IMG/VR virus record: IMGVR_UViG_3300031992_004563
Coordinates: 32,001-96,000 of that record
Source of the DNA: a virus
Lineage: Duplodnaviria > Heunggongvirae > Uroviricota > Caudoviricetes
Reading direction: 5' to 3' (one strand)
DNA length: 64,000 nt
Made by a program: the position numbers and the translations under genes. The first letter of the stretch is position 1. Every line of letters starts with the position of its first letter. Below, in pieces: positions 1 through 10,652 of the stretch. The notes below the pieces were generated by a model. That model was not told the DNA's origin, ran no database searches, and saw only the letters and a program-made list of their open reading frames with translations.

Positions 1-190
1 TAATATCTGGAATTTCTCTATATCTAGAAACAGAAAAATTAAATCTTTCTATATCTTCTTTTGGAAGAGATTGTTTAAATTTATAATCACTTATAATTCC
101 ATCGAGATACCAATCATTATGTTTATAACTATCCCCATAATGGACAATCGCCCATGATTCATCATATTTAAAGTTTTCAAATAAAAACAT
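1..190 (-). CDS. Hypothetical protein, runs off window edge; paralogue of the N-terminus of 192..1277
   Basis: ATG at 190; MFLFENFKYDESWAIVHYGDSY resembles MLLFESFTYDDRWASLYYDNFY. Confidence 0.7.
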   Translation of the reverse strand, partial: MFLFENFKYDESWAIVHYGDSYKHNDWYLDGIISDYKFKQSLPKEDIERFNFSVSRYREIPDI

Positions 191-191
191 A

Positions 192-1277
192 TTATTTAAT
201 TTTAATTGTTACTTCATGTAATTTTTTATAATCTTGATAATATATTGCATTTACAACAGAATCCATTATAGATGGAAGCGCTTTAAATTTATATGAATGT
301 GATTTTTCATCATTCATAAAATGAGTATCTTTTAAATGCAAAGTAATAAAGAAGAAATCTTTACCAAGTTTTTCATCTTCATCAATAAATATTCTTCCAA
401 GATTGTCATTAGTTGTTTGAATATTAAATGCATTATCATATAATCCAGTAAATTGATATTTTTTAACTAACGCATTTTGATCAAGTTTTTTAGCAATTTC
501 ATAATATTTAGATGGGATTTTAGTATCTCCAATATGTTTATCAACACTCTAAATATCATTTATAATTTCCTATATATCTGGATCAATTTCATATTTTTCT
601 TTTGCATAGGCTTCTAAAACTTTTATAAATCTTGGAAATTTATCACTAAATCTTGCATAATTGCTTTTTGTTAATAAAAATGACATGATATCTGTTAAAA
701 CTATTTCGGCCTCTTCCCAACCAAGTTTTATTGCAATTATAAATTTAGCAGCTGCAGATTTTAAATTTGATTCTTTTGCAAAAATTCTTTTTGGCTATTT
801 CTTTTCAAATCTTGCATTTATCATATATAGCCATTGTTCAAATGATGGTTTACATTCTAAAACTTCATTGGATTTAAATGCGTCTTCATATTTTGCATGT
901 TCTTCATTCCAACGATTTTCATCCATTTTAATATCATATCTAATAATAATATCGCTCTAATTATCACCATCTTTTTCTTCTGGCCAACAACCTGGTGCAA
1001 CAGTTATTGCATCACCATAACTTTTTAATTTTTCATATGCATATACAAATGCATCATATGGAAATCTATTATCAAATATATCAGCATTATTTGTATATGA
1101 TATGTGATATCTATCATTATCATGATCTTTACTATAACACATATCAACACCAAAATGTCCATTTTCAGTGTATCCATCATTTAGCAATTTTTCTATATAT
1201 TCAGAAGAATTATAGAAATTGTCATAATATAATGACGCCCATCTATCATCATATGTAAAACTTTCAAATAATAACAT
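192..1277 (-). CDS. Hypothetical protein, 361 aa with TAG=Gln
   Basis: Track ORF 957..1277 continues in frame through TAG at 957-959, 570-572 and 549-551 to TAA at 192-194. Confidence 0.75.
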
Positions 1278-1297
1278 TAAATCCTAATTTAAATTTA

Positions 1298-1507
1298 TTA
1301 ATATTGCCCAAACATATTATCCCAACATTCTGGGCAAGTTCTTGTTAATAATAATTCACGTTTTGAAGGTGAAAGATATGGAAATGCTTCTTGAACTAAT
1401 TTATCACCATTTTGCCATGCTTCTAAATCATTTAAATATAATCTTACTGGATGTTCTTTACCACAACATCTACATTTGATTTTAAGTGTAATTTTTTCGT
1501 TATCCAT
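1298..1507 (-). CDS. Small zinc-ribbon protein
   Basis: CRCC and CPEC pairs, 69 aa. Confidence 0.65.
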   Translation of the reverse strand: MDNEKITLKIKCRCCGKEHPVRLYLNDLEAWQNGDKLVQEAFPYLSPSKRELLLTRTCPECWDNMFGQY

Positions 1508-1598
1508 ATCTATATTAATATTAAATTTTATTCAATATATTTATTAAAAACTTTAATTATGACGATAAATACAATAATAAAAATAATTGTTTACTATA

Positions 1599-2168
1599 AT
1601 GGATGTAATTAAAACTAATATTGATGGTGTAGTTATTATTGAACCAAAAATTTTTAAAGACAACAGAGGATATTTCTTTGAATCATTTAATGAAAAAGAA
1701 TTTAAAGAGAAAGTTGCAGATATTAATTTTGTACAAGATAATGAAAGCAAATCAAGTTATGGTGTTTTAAGAGGCATTCATTTTCAAGCGCCACCATTTG
1801 CACAATCTAAATTAGTTCGTGTAGTTAAAGGTAAGGTTCTTGATGTTGCAGTAGATCTTAGAAAAGATTCACCAACATTTGGTCAATGGACAAGTGTTAT
1901 ATTATCAGCACGAAATCACAAACAATTTTTCTTACCTCAAGGAATGGGGCATGCATTTGTTGTTCTAACAAAGACAGCTGTATTCCAATACAAATGCGAT
2001 AATTTCTATAATAAAGAATCTGAGGGTGCAATTATATGGAATGATAAAACTTTAAATATTGATTGGGGAGTTCAAGAAAAAGATATTGTATTATCAGAAA
2101 AAGATAAGCATCATCCAACATTAGAAGAATTTAATAAAACAAATCCATTTAGTGGAGACCAATTGTAA
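1599..2168 (+). CDS. rmlC: dTDP-4-dehydrorhamnose 3,5-epimerase
   Basis: DNRGYFFES, FVQDNESKS, LRGIHFQ, QSKLVRVVKG, DVAVDLR, GMGHAF motifs; ATG at 1599. Confidence 0.95.
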   Translation: MDVIKTNIDGVVIIEPKIFKDNRGYFFESFNEKEFKEKVADINFVQDNESKSSYGVLRGIHFQAPPFAQSKLVRVVKGKVLDVAVDLRKDSPTFGQWTSVILSARNHKQFFLPQGMGHAFVVLTKTAVFQYKCDNFYNKESEGAIIWNDKTLNIDWGVQEKDIVLSEKDKHHPTLEEFNKTNPFSGDQL

Positions 2169-3655
2169 TTTTTTAATATAAATTTATTAACTTTATATAA
2201 ATTTATTAATCAAAGCTTGCAATTTTTATATATGACTTTGATGTAAAAAATCTAGAAAACTATAAATTAAATTTATCTATAGAAAGTCTATACAACACTT
2301 TAGACTTTTTGAATATATAATATAATTCTTTTAAAGATAGTGACTTATCTTCTATTTGAAATTCTTCCAATGACTTCTTATAGAAGTGTCTAAAATCACT
2401 AATCCTTGGCTGAATTATATTTTTTATTTGTTCTTTAGTTCTTGCTATATATTGATTATAATATTCGTATCCTCTTCTTCCTAATTCTATAGAAGCTAAT
2501 ATCATATCTGGAAGATTTAAACTTCTATATAAAAAGTTTCCTATAAAAGAACTATATTCTGGTTTAACTTTTAATAGTTTAATATTAAATATATTACATC
2601 TCTTAGTTAAATTATTGACAAACTAGTTTCTATTCCAAGAATTGTTAACTAGTTTATTAAATTTAGCTCCTAATTCTTTATCTGAAGACTTTATATTTAA
2701 ATCTTCAATACTAACTATCTAACATTTATAATAAATTGATTTATTAATTATGTTTTTAACTATCTAGATAGTTTCATAGTTTCTCTTATTAGATATATAA
2801 ATTCTTTCTTTAGAACTAGAATTTAATCCTTTTCCTTTAAGTTTAAAGTCTTTATCATTTAGTTCTTTAATAGAATAAATTCCAGATTTAATAACTTTAA
2901 ATTCTGATTCTGATTTCCAATCAACTATAGACCAACCTATATAATTTGGATTCATATCTATTCCTAAAACTCTATTATTAATCTACTAATATTTTATATT
3001 ATCTAATTTATTTTCTTCATAACTAATATAAACATAATTCTAATCTAATTTATAAGATATTGGAAGATCTTTATTTTGTTGTCTAATATATAATTTCTTT
3101 AATATCTATTTATAATTCTATATATGAAGTTTTAGTTCTATATGAGTTTTTCTATCTGGTTTAAATATAACTGTTTCTAAATCTTCTTTAAGTTCAAACT
3201 TCTAATTTCCTTTATATGGTTTTGCTGTTCCTATAGAATATAAAGGATTTAATTTTTTATTTTCTAGAAACTAATCTCTAGATATTAAGCCTTTGCACCT
3301 TTTAATAAAATTTCCTTTTCCTCCAAATATAATTTTAGTTTTTTCAATATTAAATTTAATTAACTAATAAGCTTCTCCAATTGCAGATCTGCAAAACCAG
3401 TCATTCATCAAATCTATATTGTTTAATTGTTTAAACTTCTATTTAAGAATTGAATCAGTTTTTAAATAACTATATTCTGGTTGAAGTTCTTGTTCTTTAG
3501 ACAACTATTGATAGAAAACATGAAGCATAGAAGAATATTGTCTCTAATATTTTTGAATTAGAGATTGATATTCTTGTTCAACATCATATTTTAATTTAAT
3601 AGTTATCATTTAATTAAATTATATTATAATAAAATTTAATTTATATATTATTTAT
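2161..3655 (-). mobile_element. TnpB-only IS200/IS605-like element, copy 1
   Basis: Near-identical ends shared with 7749..9239 (2161 matches 7749; 3627-3655 matches 9211-9239); no tnpA seen. Confidence 0.75.
2206..3609 (-). CDS. tnpB: TnpB-related RuvC nuclease lacking a Zn finger, 467 aa with TAG=Gln
   Basis: About 15 in-frame TAG; RuvC-I VLGIDMNP, RuvC-II VSIEDL, VKPEYSSFIG, RuvC-III LPDMILASIELGRRG. Confidence 0.8.
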
Positions 3656-3734
3656 CTAAGTCTTCTACAAAATATTAAAAATAATATGTTGTTTTAATTT
3701 AAATTCTGGGAAAATAAAACATTATTTTAAAACA

Positions 3735-3760
3735 TAAGAGAATCAAAATTGATTCTCTTA
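3735..3760 (-). terminator. Intrinsic terminator-like hairpin
   Basis: TAAGAGAATC/GATTCTCTTA perfect inverted repeat at the stop of 3758..4588. Confidence 0.6.
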
Positions 3761-4588
3761 TTTATTATATACTGCCCTTATTGAATATCCTGTATATCTA
3801 TATCTATTTTCTATTTCTGCAGGTTCGCCTGGATTCCTAATAGATTCTGCATTTGACATAATTAAAATGGATGCTAAATCAGATCTTACACTATGTGTTT
3901 GTGTTGATGACCATATTCCACATATTTTCTAAATGTTGCATATATTTTCACTACCATAATATCCAGATGCAGGAATAAAAATATATTTTGTTATGTCTTT
4001 AGTATTTATAAATAAGCATCCATCTAAATTTTTTATGCCATTATAATCTGTTACCCATTTTTGTAATGTATATTGTACCAATTCTTCAAGCTAATTATGC
4101 GTTGGCATATGAATGTGTCTATTTTCACCATTTTTTATATATGCAACATCATCTTCATTTTGTAATTGTTTTAAATTATCTAATTTATCAATTGCAAATC
4201 GTTCATTTGAAACATATTTATCAAATAATGCATGCCCGCCTGGTGAAAATTTATATGTTTCCCAAGTATGTTTACATTTTTTAGACTATATTTCTCCCCA
4301 TGAATAATAATCTCCAAAATACGCAAATATGCCCATTTTATCAACCATATAATCTAAATTTTTAGAATCAACTCCTAAATTATATTTAGCCCATAAAGTT
4401 CCTGATGGAAGGCCTAAATCAACCCATTCACTCCAAAAATCTATTTGCTATTGAATAACGTCTTCTGTATCTATGACATCACTAGTTTGAGATACAGAAC
4501 TATTTGGATCTATATCTTGATAATCATCTAGTGCCAACTAGATACCTCTATTGACTGCTTCTAATATTTTATTATTAGTTATTCTCAT
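3758..4588 (-). CDS. VDLGLPSG-type Bacteroidota domain protein (DUF1566/FISUMP-like), 276 aa with TAG=Gln
   Basis: WVDLGLPSGTLWAKYNLG, GDYYSWGE, EDDVA, HMPT, IFIPASG, GYSIRAV; 5 in-frame TAG; missing from ORF track. Confidence 0.8.
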
Positions 4589-5420
4589 TAAATACTGGTC
4601 TTATTTGTAATCCATGATGTTTATACATGCCATACATATATCTAAGTCTTGTACGCCATGATGCTCCTGTGCAAAATGAAAGAGTTTGAGCACATGTATT
4701 AAATGAATCTGCCATTGCTGACCTATGATCACATACAGTTGATGTCCATAAACTTGTTGAAGGTGTATCATCATATATAATACGTCTACCTTCATAATGA
4801 CCGGTATGTGGAATGTAAATATATCTTCCATTTATTTTGCTAACCAATAACCAGCCTTCATTATAATCACCATATGTTTCAAATTGTGGTATTCCATTTG
4901 CATAGTCAAAAGGCTTTGTCTTATTTATACAATATAAATCTGTATTATCAATTAATTCTTGGGCTTGGTCTAATGTTGGCATATGATATCGTGAGTCTTT
5001 ATATGTTTGTGTAACAACATCATCTTCTGGAAGCAACTAATTTATTCCATCTTCTCTATTATATTTAGTTGAACCTGCTTCTATTACATCATTACCAAAC
5101 TTATATCTTTTAATTGTAAATTCTTTTTTAGGCTTAAGCTCGCCCCATGCATAATATCCACCAATAAGAGATTTATTTGGATTTCGGCTTTTTAAACTTA
5201 CACCTAAATTATATTTACACCACCATGTTTTTGATGGCAATCCTAAATCTACATAATGATACAATTCTACATAGCGTCTTAGAACATCATCTTCATCAAT
5301 ATATTCTTTACTTGCAGATATGGATGGTAAACTATTTTCAAAATCATCTATATAATCATCTAAGGCAAGTTTAACACCTTTATTAACTGCTTCTATTATT
5401 TGTTTATTAAAATCTTTCAT
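4575..5420 (-). CDS. VDLGLPS-type domain protein, tandem paralogue, 281 aa with TAG=Gln
   Basis: Track ORFs 5037..5420 and 4575..5036 join through TAG at 5037-5039; YVDLGLPS, GGYYAWGE, HMPT, GLQIRPV. Confidence 0.85.
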
Positions 5421-5439
5421 ATATAGTATTTATTTTTTA

Positions 5440-5490
5440 AACTTCTATTTTTTCATGTATATAAAATATATTATTTTTGTAACGTTAAAT
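5440..5490 (+). promoter_or_regulatory. Repeated phage promoter, class A (AACTTCTATTTTTT-N-TAnTTTTGTAnCGTTAA)
   Basis: One of 11 copies; contains the Bacteroidota -7 element TAnnTTTG. Confidence 0.75.
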
Positions 5491-5506
5491 TTAAAAATGA
5501 AATAAT

Positions 5507-6085
5507 ATGATGGAAATTAATCAAAATCAAACGAATCAGAATTTTGGTTCAAAAGTAGTTTGGCTTATTATTGGCCTTTTTGTAGTTGTACTTGGCATTG
5601 CATCATTGTCAATGTACTTTAGTTATAATAATGAAGAGGTTGCTCTTCGTAAACAAGCTGAAGCACAACGTGGTAAAGTTGAAGGTGTATTTGATACTAT
5701 GTGGAAAACCATTTCTCAACAAGCTCAAGTATCTAATGAATATAAGGATGCATTTAAGGAGATTTATCCTGATTTGATTGCCGGCCGTTATTCTCAAGGT
5801 GATGGCAGTCTTATGAAATGGATTCAAGAAGCTAATCCAGAGTTTGATACATCTTTGTATAAACAATTGATGCAAACTATTGAAGTACAACGTATTCAAT
5901 TTCAGAAGTCACAGGAACGAATGTTGGATCTGATTCGTGAACATGAAACCCTTTGTGAAACATATCCAAGTAAATGGTTCATTTCTAATAAGACACCTAT
6001 TGAATACACTGTTATTTCGTCAACCAAGTCAAAAATGACTATGGAGACTGGTATTGATGATGATGTCGAACTTTTTAAAAAGTAA
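5507..6085 (+). CDS. Single-TM coiled-coil protein (LemA-like)
   Basis: N-terminal TM followed by helical domain; family call tentative. Confidence 0.6.
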   Translation: MMEINQNQTNQNFGSKVVWLIIGLFVVVLGIASLSMYFSYNNEEVALRKQAEAQRGKVEGVFDTMWKTISQQAQVSNEYKDAFKEIYPDLIAGRYSQGDGSLMKWIQEANPEFDTSLYKQLMQTIEVQRIQFQKSQERMLDLIREHETLCETYPSKWFISNKTPIEYTVISSTKSKMTMETGIDDDVELFKK

Positions 6086-6090
6086 TTATT

Positions 6091-6300
6091 ATGAAAGTAT
6101 ATTTTCCAGATAAACAATATGGCAAATATGTCGTAGCTGAGTTTAGACTTGGTGTACTATGGAAACGTATGGATGAAATTAGTTTACTAAAGTTTTTAAA
6201 GAAATGCTATTTTTCAAAAAAGAAATGCCAACAGTTTTGTGATTGGGAAAATACACCAGATATTGATTTTGGTGGAGTTCTTCAAATCAAAGATCATTAA
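6091..6300 (+). CDS. Hypothetical protein
   Basis: Operonic ORF. Confidence 0.6.
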   Translation: MKVYFPDKQYGKYVVAEFRLGVLWKRMDEISLLKFLKKCYFSKKKCQQFCDWENTPDIDFGGVLQIKDH

Positions 6301-6337
6301 ATTATGACAATATCATTTAATATTTAATACTGAAATT

Positions 6338-6523
6338 ATGACAGTTAAAGAGTTAATTGAACAACTTCAAAATCTTCCAGAAGATTACAAAGTTGAACTT
6401 CGTATAAAATATCAAGAGGTTGGTGATGTTGGGGATGGATGGAGAACTTTGTGGACTGATGATATTGAAACACCTGTTGTTCTTGAAGATAAGAAAACAG
6501 TATCTATAAAAGCCTGGGAATAA
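6338..6523 (+). CDS. Hypothetical phage protein
   Basis: MTVKELIEQLQNLPED N-terminus typical of small phage proteins. Confidence 0.7.
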   Translation: MTVKELIEQLQNLPEDYKVELRIKYQEVGDVGDGWRTLWTDDIETPVVLEDKKTVSIKAWE

Positions 6524-7695
6524 TGTTAATCATCTGTTTTATCATACCATTTGTTGTTTGTCTAATTCTATATTTTGGATTTAGACAAGCAACCGTGTGG
6601 TGGGAATATATTGCTTTAGTATTTCCTAGTATTTTAGTATCAATTATATTATATTTTTCATTAAAATATGTAGGAATAACTGATACAGAATATCTTGGTT
6701 ATTATGTCACAAAGGTTTGCTATTATGAGCCTTGGAATGAGTATATTCATAGAACATGTACTCGTGAGGTTTATGATGGAACTGATAGTGAAGGGCATGC
6801 AAAATACCACACAGAAACATATGATTGTTCATATGTTGATTACCACCCGGCGGAGTGGACAATGATTAATAATGTTAATCATGAAACTTATATTTCAGAA
6901 AGTTTATACAATTATATTTGTAGACGATTTGGAACACCAAAACAATTTGTAGATATGCATCGTCATTATTATACAATTGATGGTGATAAGTATGAATGTT
7001 ATTTTAATGGTGATCGAAACAGAATGTATACACTAACTGAAAGCCATCACTATAAAAATAAAATATTAAAAAGCAAATCATTATTTAATTATTCTGATGT
7101 GCCTGAAGATATTAAAAAGGATTATAGATTATTTGATTATTCCGATTTTTCATATAAAAATGATCAAAATCCTATAATGTCTGAAATTCCCATTCCACAA
7201 TATGTAGTTGATTCATTTAAATATGTAAATGCATTTTATGGATTAAGATATCAATTCAGAACATATGTAATGATTTGGCAAAATGCTCCAATAGAAACAT
7301 CTACATACCAAGAAGATTATTTTGTTGGTGGAAATAAAAATGAATTATGCATATGTATTTCAGTTAATAATTCAAATCAAATTCAATGGGTTAGAACATT
7401 TTCTTGGGAAGATAAACCAGATTTGGAAGTTGAGATAGATCATTTATGGGAATATGGAGCATATTTGGATCTTATGAAACTTAATAGATATTTACTTCAA
7501 AATGTTCCAAAGAAATGGCATAGAAAAGCGTTTGCAGATTTTGAATATATTAATACAATGTTAACAACCGGCCAATGGTGGATAATAATTATTTTAACAT
7601 TTATATTTAACATTGGAATGCTTATATACATAGTTGGAAATGAGTATACAGAAGATAATCCAGATGGCATAAAACGATATAATTATCGATATTAA
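6523..7695 (+). CDS. Membrane protein (2 N-terminal TM, 1 C-terminal TM)
   Basis: 390-aa ORF coupled to the upstream stop (TAATG). Confidence 0.8.
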   Translation: MLIICFIIPFVVCLILYFGFRQATVWWEYIALVFPSILVSIILYFSLKYVGITDTEYLGYYVTKVCYYEPWNEYIHRTCTREVYDGTDSEGHAKYHTETYDCSYVDYHPAEWTMINNVNHETYISESLYNYICRRFGTPKQFVDMHRHYYTIDGDKYECYFNGDRNRMYTLTESHHYKNKILKSKSLFNYSDVPEDIKKDYRLFDYSDFSYKNDQNPIMSEIPIPQYVVDSFKYVNAFYGLRYQFRTYVMIWQNAPIETSTYQEDYFVGGNKNELCICISVNNSNQIQWVRTFSWEDKPDLEVEIDHLWEYGAYLDLMKLNRYLLQNVPKKWHRKAFADFEYINTMLTTGQWWIIIILTFIFNIGMLIYIVGNEYTEDNPDGIKRYNYRY

Positions 7696-7723
7696 GAGCT
7701 TCTAAAAAATGAAGCTCTTTTTT
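7694..7723 (+). terminator. Intrinsic terminator
   Basis: AAGAGCTTC/GAAGCTCTT followed by T run. Confidence 0.75.
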
Positions 7724-7748
7724 AAACTTAAATGCATTATTAAAATAT

Positions 7749-9239
7749 AATTGTAATTTTTTAATATAAATTTATTAACTTTATATAAATTTATTAATCA
7801 AAGCTTGCAATTTTTATATATGACTTTGATGTAAAAAATCTAGAAAACTATAAATTAAATTTATCTATAGAAAGTCTATACAACAATTTAGACTTTTTGA
7901 ATATATAATATAATTCTTTCAAAGACTACTAATTATCTTCTATTTGAAATTCTTCCAATGACTTCTTATAGAAGTGTTTAAAATCACTAATCTTTGGTTG
8001 AATTATATTTTTTGTTTGTTCTTTTATTCTTGCTGTATATTGATTATAATATTCATATCCTCTTCTTCCAAGTTCTATAGAAGCTAGAATCATGTCTGGC
8101 AAGTTTAAACTTCTATATAGAAAGTTTCCAATAAATGAACTATATTCTGGTTTGACTTTCAATAATTTAATATTGAATATATTGCATCTCTTGGCTAAAT
8201 TATTGACAAACTAGTTTCTGTTCCATAAATTATTGACTAGTTTATTGAACTTCTTTCCTTTATTTTTGTCATCACTATTTATTTTTAGGTCTTCTATAGA
8301 AACTATCTAACATTTATAATAAATTGCTTTATTAATTATGTTCTTTGCTATTTGAAGAACTTCATAGTTTCTTTTGTTTGATAGATATGTTCTTTCTAGT
8401 GAACTAGAATTTAATCCTTTTCCTTTAAAACTAAAGTCTTTATCATTAAAGTCTTTAATTGAATAAATTCCAGATTTGATAACATTAAACTAGTTTTCAG
8501 ATTTCCAATCAACTATAGACCAGCCAATATAATTTGGATTCAAGTCTAATGCCAACACTCTATTCTCTATTTGTTCATATTTAACTGATTCTAGTTTATC
8601 TTCTTCATAACTAATATAAACATAATTCTAGTCTAGTTTATATGTTATTGGAAGATCTTTAGACTATTGTCTTAAATAAAGTTCCTTTAGTTTCTATTTA
8701 TAGTTCTATAAATGAAGTTTTAATTCTATATGTGTCTATCTATCTGGTTTAAATATAATAGTTTCTAAGTCTTCTTTGATTTCAAATTTTTGATTTCCTT
8801 TATATGGTTTGCAAGTTCCAATAGAATATATTGGATTCAATTTTTTATTTTCTAAAAATTGACTTCTAGTTATTAGGCCTTTGCATCTTCTAATAAAGTT
8901 TCCTTTGCCACCAAATATAACTTTAGTTTCACTGTTAGATTTAACTAATTGATATGCTTCTCCAATTGCAGATCTGCAAAACCAGTCATTCATCAAATCT
9001 ATATTGTTTAGTTGCTTAAACTTTTGTTTAAGAATTGAATTAGATTTTAAATAACTATACTCTGGTTGAAGTTCAGTCTCTTTAGACAACTATTGATAGA
9101 AAACATGAAGCATAGAAGAATATTGTCTCTAATATTTTTGAATTAGAGATTGATATTCTTGATTGACATCATATTTTAATTTAATAGTTATCATTAAATT
9201 ATTTTATATATAATAAAATTTAATTTATATATTATTTAT
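7749..9239 (-). mobile_element. TnpB-only IS200/IS605-like element, copy 2
   Basis: Shares both ends with copy 1. Confidence 0.75.
7794..9194 (-). CDS. tnpB: TnpB-related RuvC nuclease, 466 aa with TAG=Gln
   Basis: Paralogue of 2206..3609; VLALDLNP, VSIEDL, LPDMILASIELGRRG. Confidence 0.8.
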
Positions 9240-9337
9240 TTAAATTTTTCTAGAAATTTTTCAATGAAACAAAGAAAACATATTTATATATAATTAATAA
9301 ATATGATTTATTTAAAAATAAAAATTAATTTTTTGTT

Positions 9338-10249
9338 ATGAATATTTTAGTGACAGGTTGCAATGGCCAATTAGGAAATTGTATTAGAGATTATCGTTCA
9401 GAGATGCCAGCTGATTTTATTGTAAATAATAAGTTTATTTTTACTGATATTAATATTGAAAAAGATGTTAATACTGATACAATGCGATTTACAAAACTTG
9501 ATATTACTAATTATGATGATATATTAGCTTTATTAAAAGAAGAGAATATTAACATGATTATTAATTGCGCTGCATATACAAATGTTGATAAAGCTGAAGA
9601 TGAAGCAAATATAGCATATGTAGTTAATGCTGCAGCGGTTGATGATTTAGCTAGAGCCGCCGCAGAAGTTGGTGCTAAAATGATTCATATTTCAACGGAT
9701 TATGTTTTTGATGGCAAAGGACACAAACCATATACCGAAAATAATATTACAAACCCAATTGGAATGTATGGCCAAACAAAATGTGCTGGAGAAAATAGAG
9801 TATTTGAGAGATTAGGCGATAATGGAATTGTAATTAGAACTGCATGGTTATATTCTAATTATGGAAAGAATTTTGTTAAGACAATGATTAAACTTGGCCA
9901 AGAAAAAGACGAATTGAAAGTTGTTTTTGATCAAGTTGGAACTCCCACATTTGCAATGGATTTGGCAGATGCAATATTTAAAATTATTAATTCAGGAAAA
10001 TGGAAAGGTGGAATTTATCATTATACTAATGAGGGTGTATGTTCTTGGTATGATTTTGCAGATGCTATAATGCATATATATAATTTACCATGTGATATTA
10101 TCCCTGTACATTCAGATGAATATGAAACAAAGGCAGAAAGACCACATTATAGTGTATTAGATAAAACAAAGATTAAAGAAACTTATGGAATTATAATTCC
10201 ACATTGGAGATATTCGCTTGAAAGATGTTTAGAAATTCCATTTGTATAA
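9338..10249 (+). CDS. rmlD: dTDP-4-dehydrorhamnose reductase
   Basis: VTGCNGQLG, NCAAYTNVDKAE, HISTDYVFDG, YGQTK, DQVGTPT. Confidence 0.95.
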   Translation: MNILVTGCNGQLGNCIRDYRSEMPADFIVNNKFIFTDINIEKDVNTDTMRFTKLDITNYDDILALLKEENINMIINCAAYTNVDKAEDEANIAYVVNAAAVDDLARAAAEVGAKMIHISTDYVFDGKGHKPYTENNITNPIGMYGQTKCAGENRVFERLGDNGIVIRTAWLYSNYGKNFVKTMIKLGQEKDELKVVFDQVGTPTFAMDLADAIFKIINSGKWKGGIYHYTNEGVCSWYDFADAIMHIYNLPCDIIPVHSDEYETKAERPHYSVLDKTKIKETYGIIIPHWRYSLERCLEIPFV

Positions 10250-10266
10250 AATTAATTAATTAAATT

Positions 10267-10620
10267 ATGATAGATAGAGTAGTATATATGATAAATGGTT
10301 GGCTTGTAAGAGATGAAGAAGCTAAATAGATGGATAATGAATTGTATGAGATAAATGAAGATTATCCAAATGATATAGATGGATTTTTTATTTATGACAC
10401 AATGGGAGGTGGGAATTATGCATTTTTTGGACCAATTCTTGATAGATGTGATGTCAAATATGAAGATTCTGGATATACGGTTATTGATGAAAAACTTTTA
10501 CATGATGGTGATGAAAAGTGGAATGAGTTTCTAAAGAAATATCCTAAATATGAAGAAGTATTCAAAAAACATATCAATAATGAACCTCCACAAGTAATGG
10601 TTGTATTGCATGTTTGGTAA
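10267..10620 (+). CDS. Hypothetical protein
   Basis: Track ORF extends upstream through TAG 10327-10329 to ATG 10267. Confidence 0.65.
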
Positions 10621-10652
10621 AAACTTTCCATTATTTTTTCAATATAATATAT

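Noticed and set aside
661-1258. + strand track ORFs 661..960 and 995..1258, and similar antisense shadows elsewhere
   Set aside because: They are antisense to longer, better-supported genes.
3758-5420. Diversity-generating retroelement targeting the VDLGLPS genes
   Set aside because: No reverse transcriptase or adenine-variant template repeat was seen in this window.
2206-9194. Pseudogene call for fragmented TnpB and other ORFs
   Set aside because: All interruptions are TAG, frames are preserved, and TAG aligns with CAA in paralogues.
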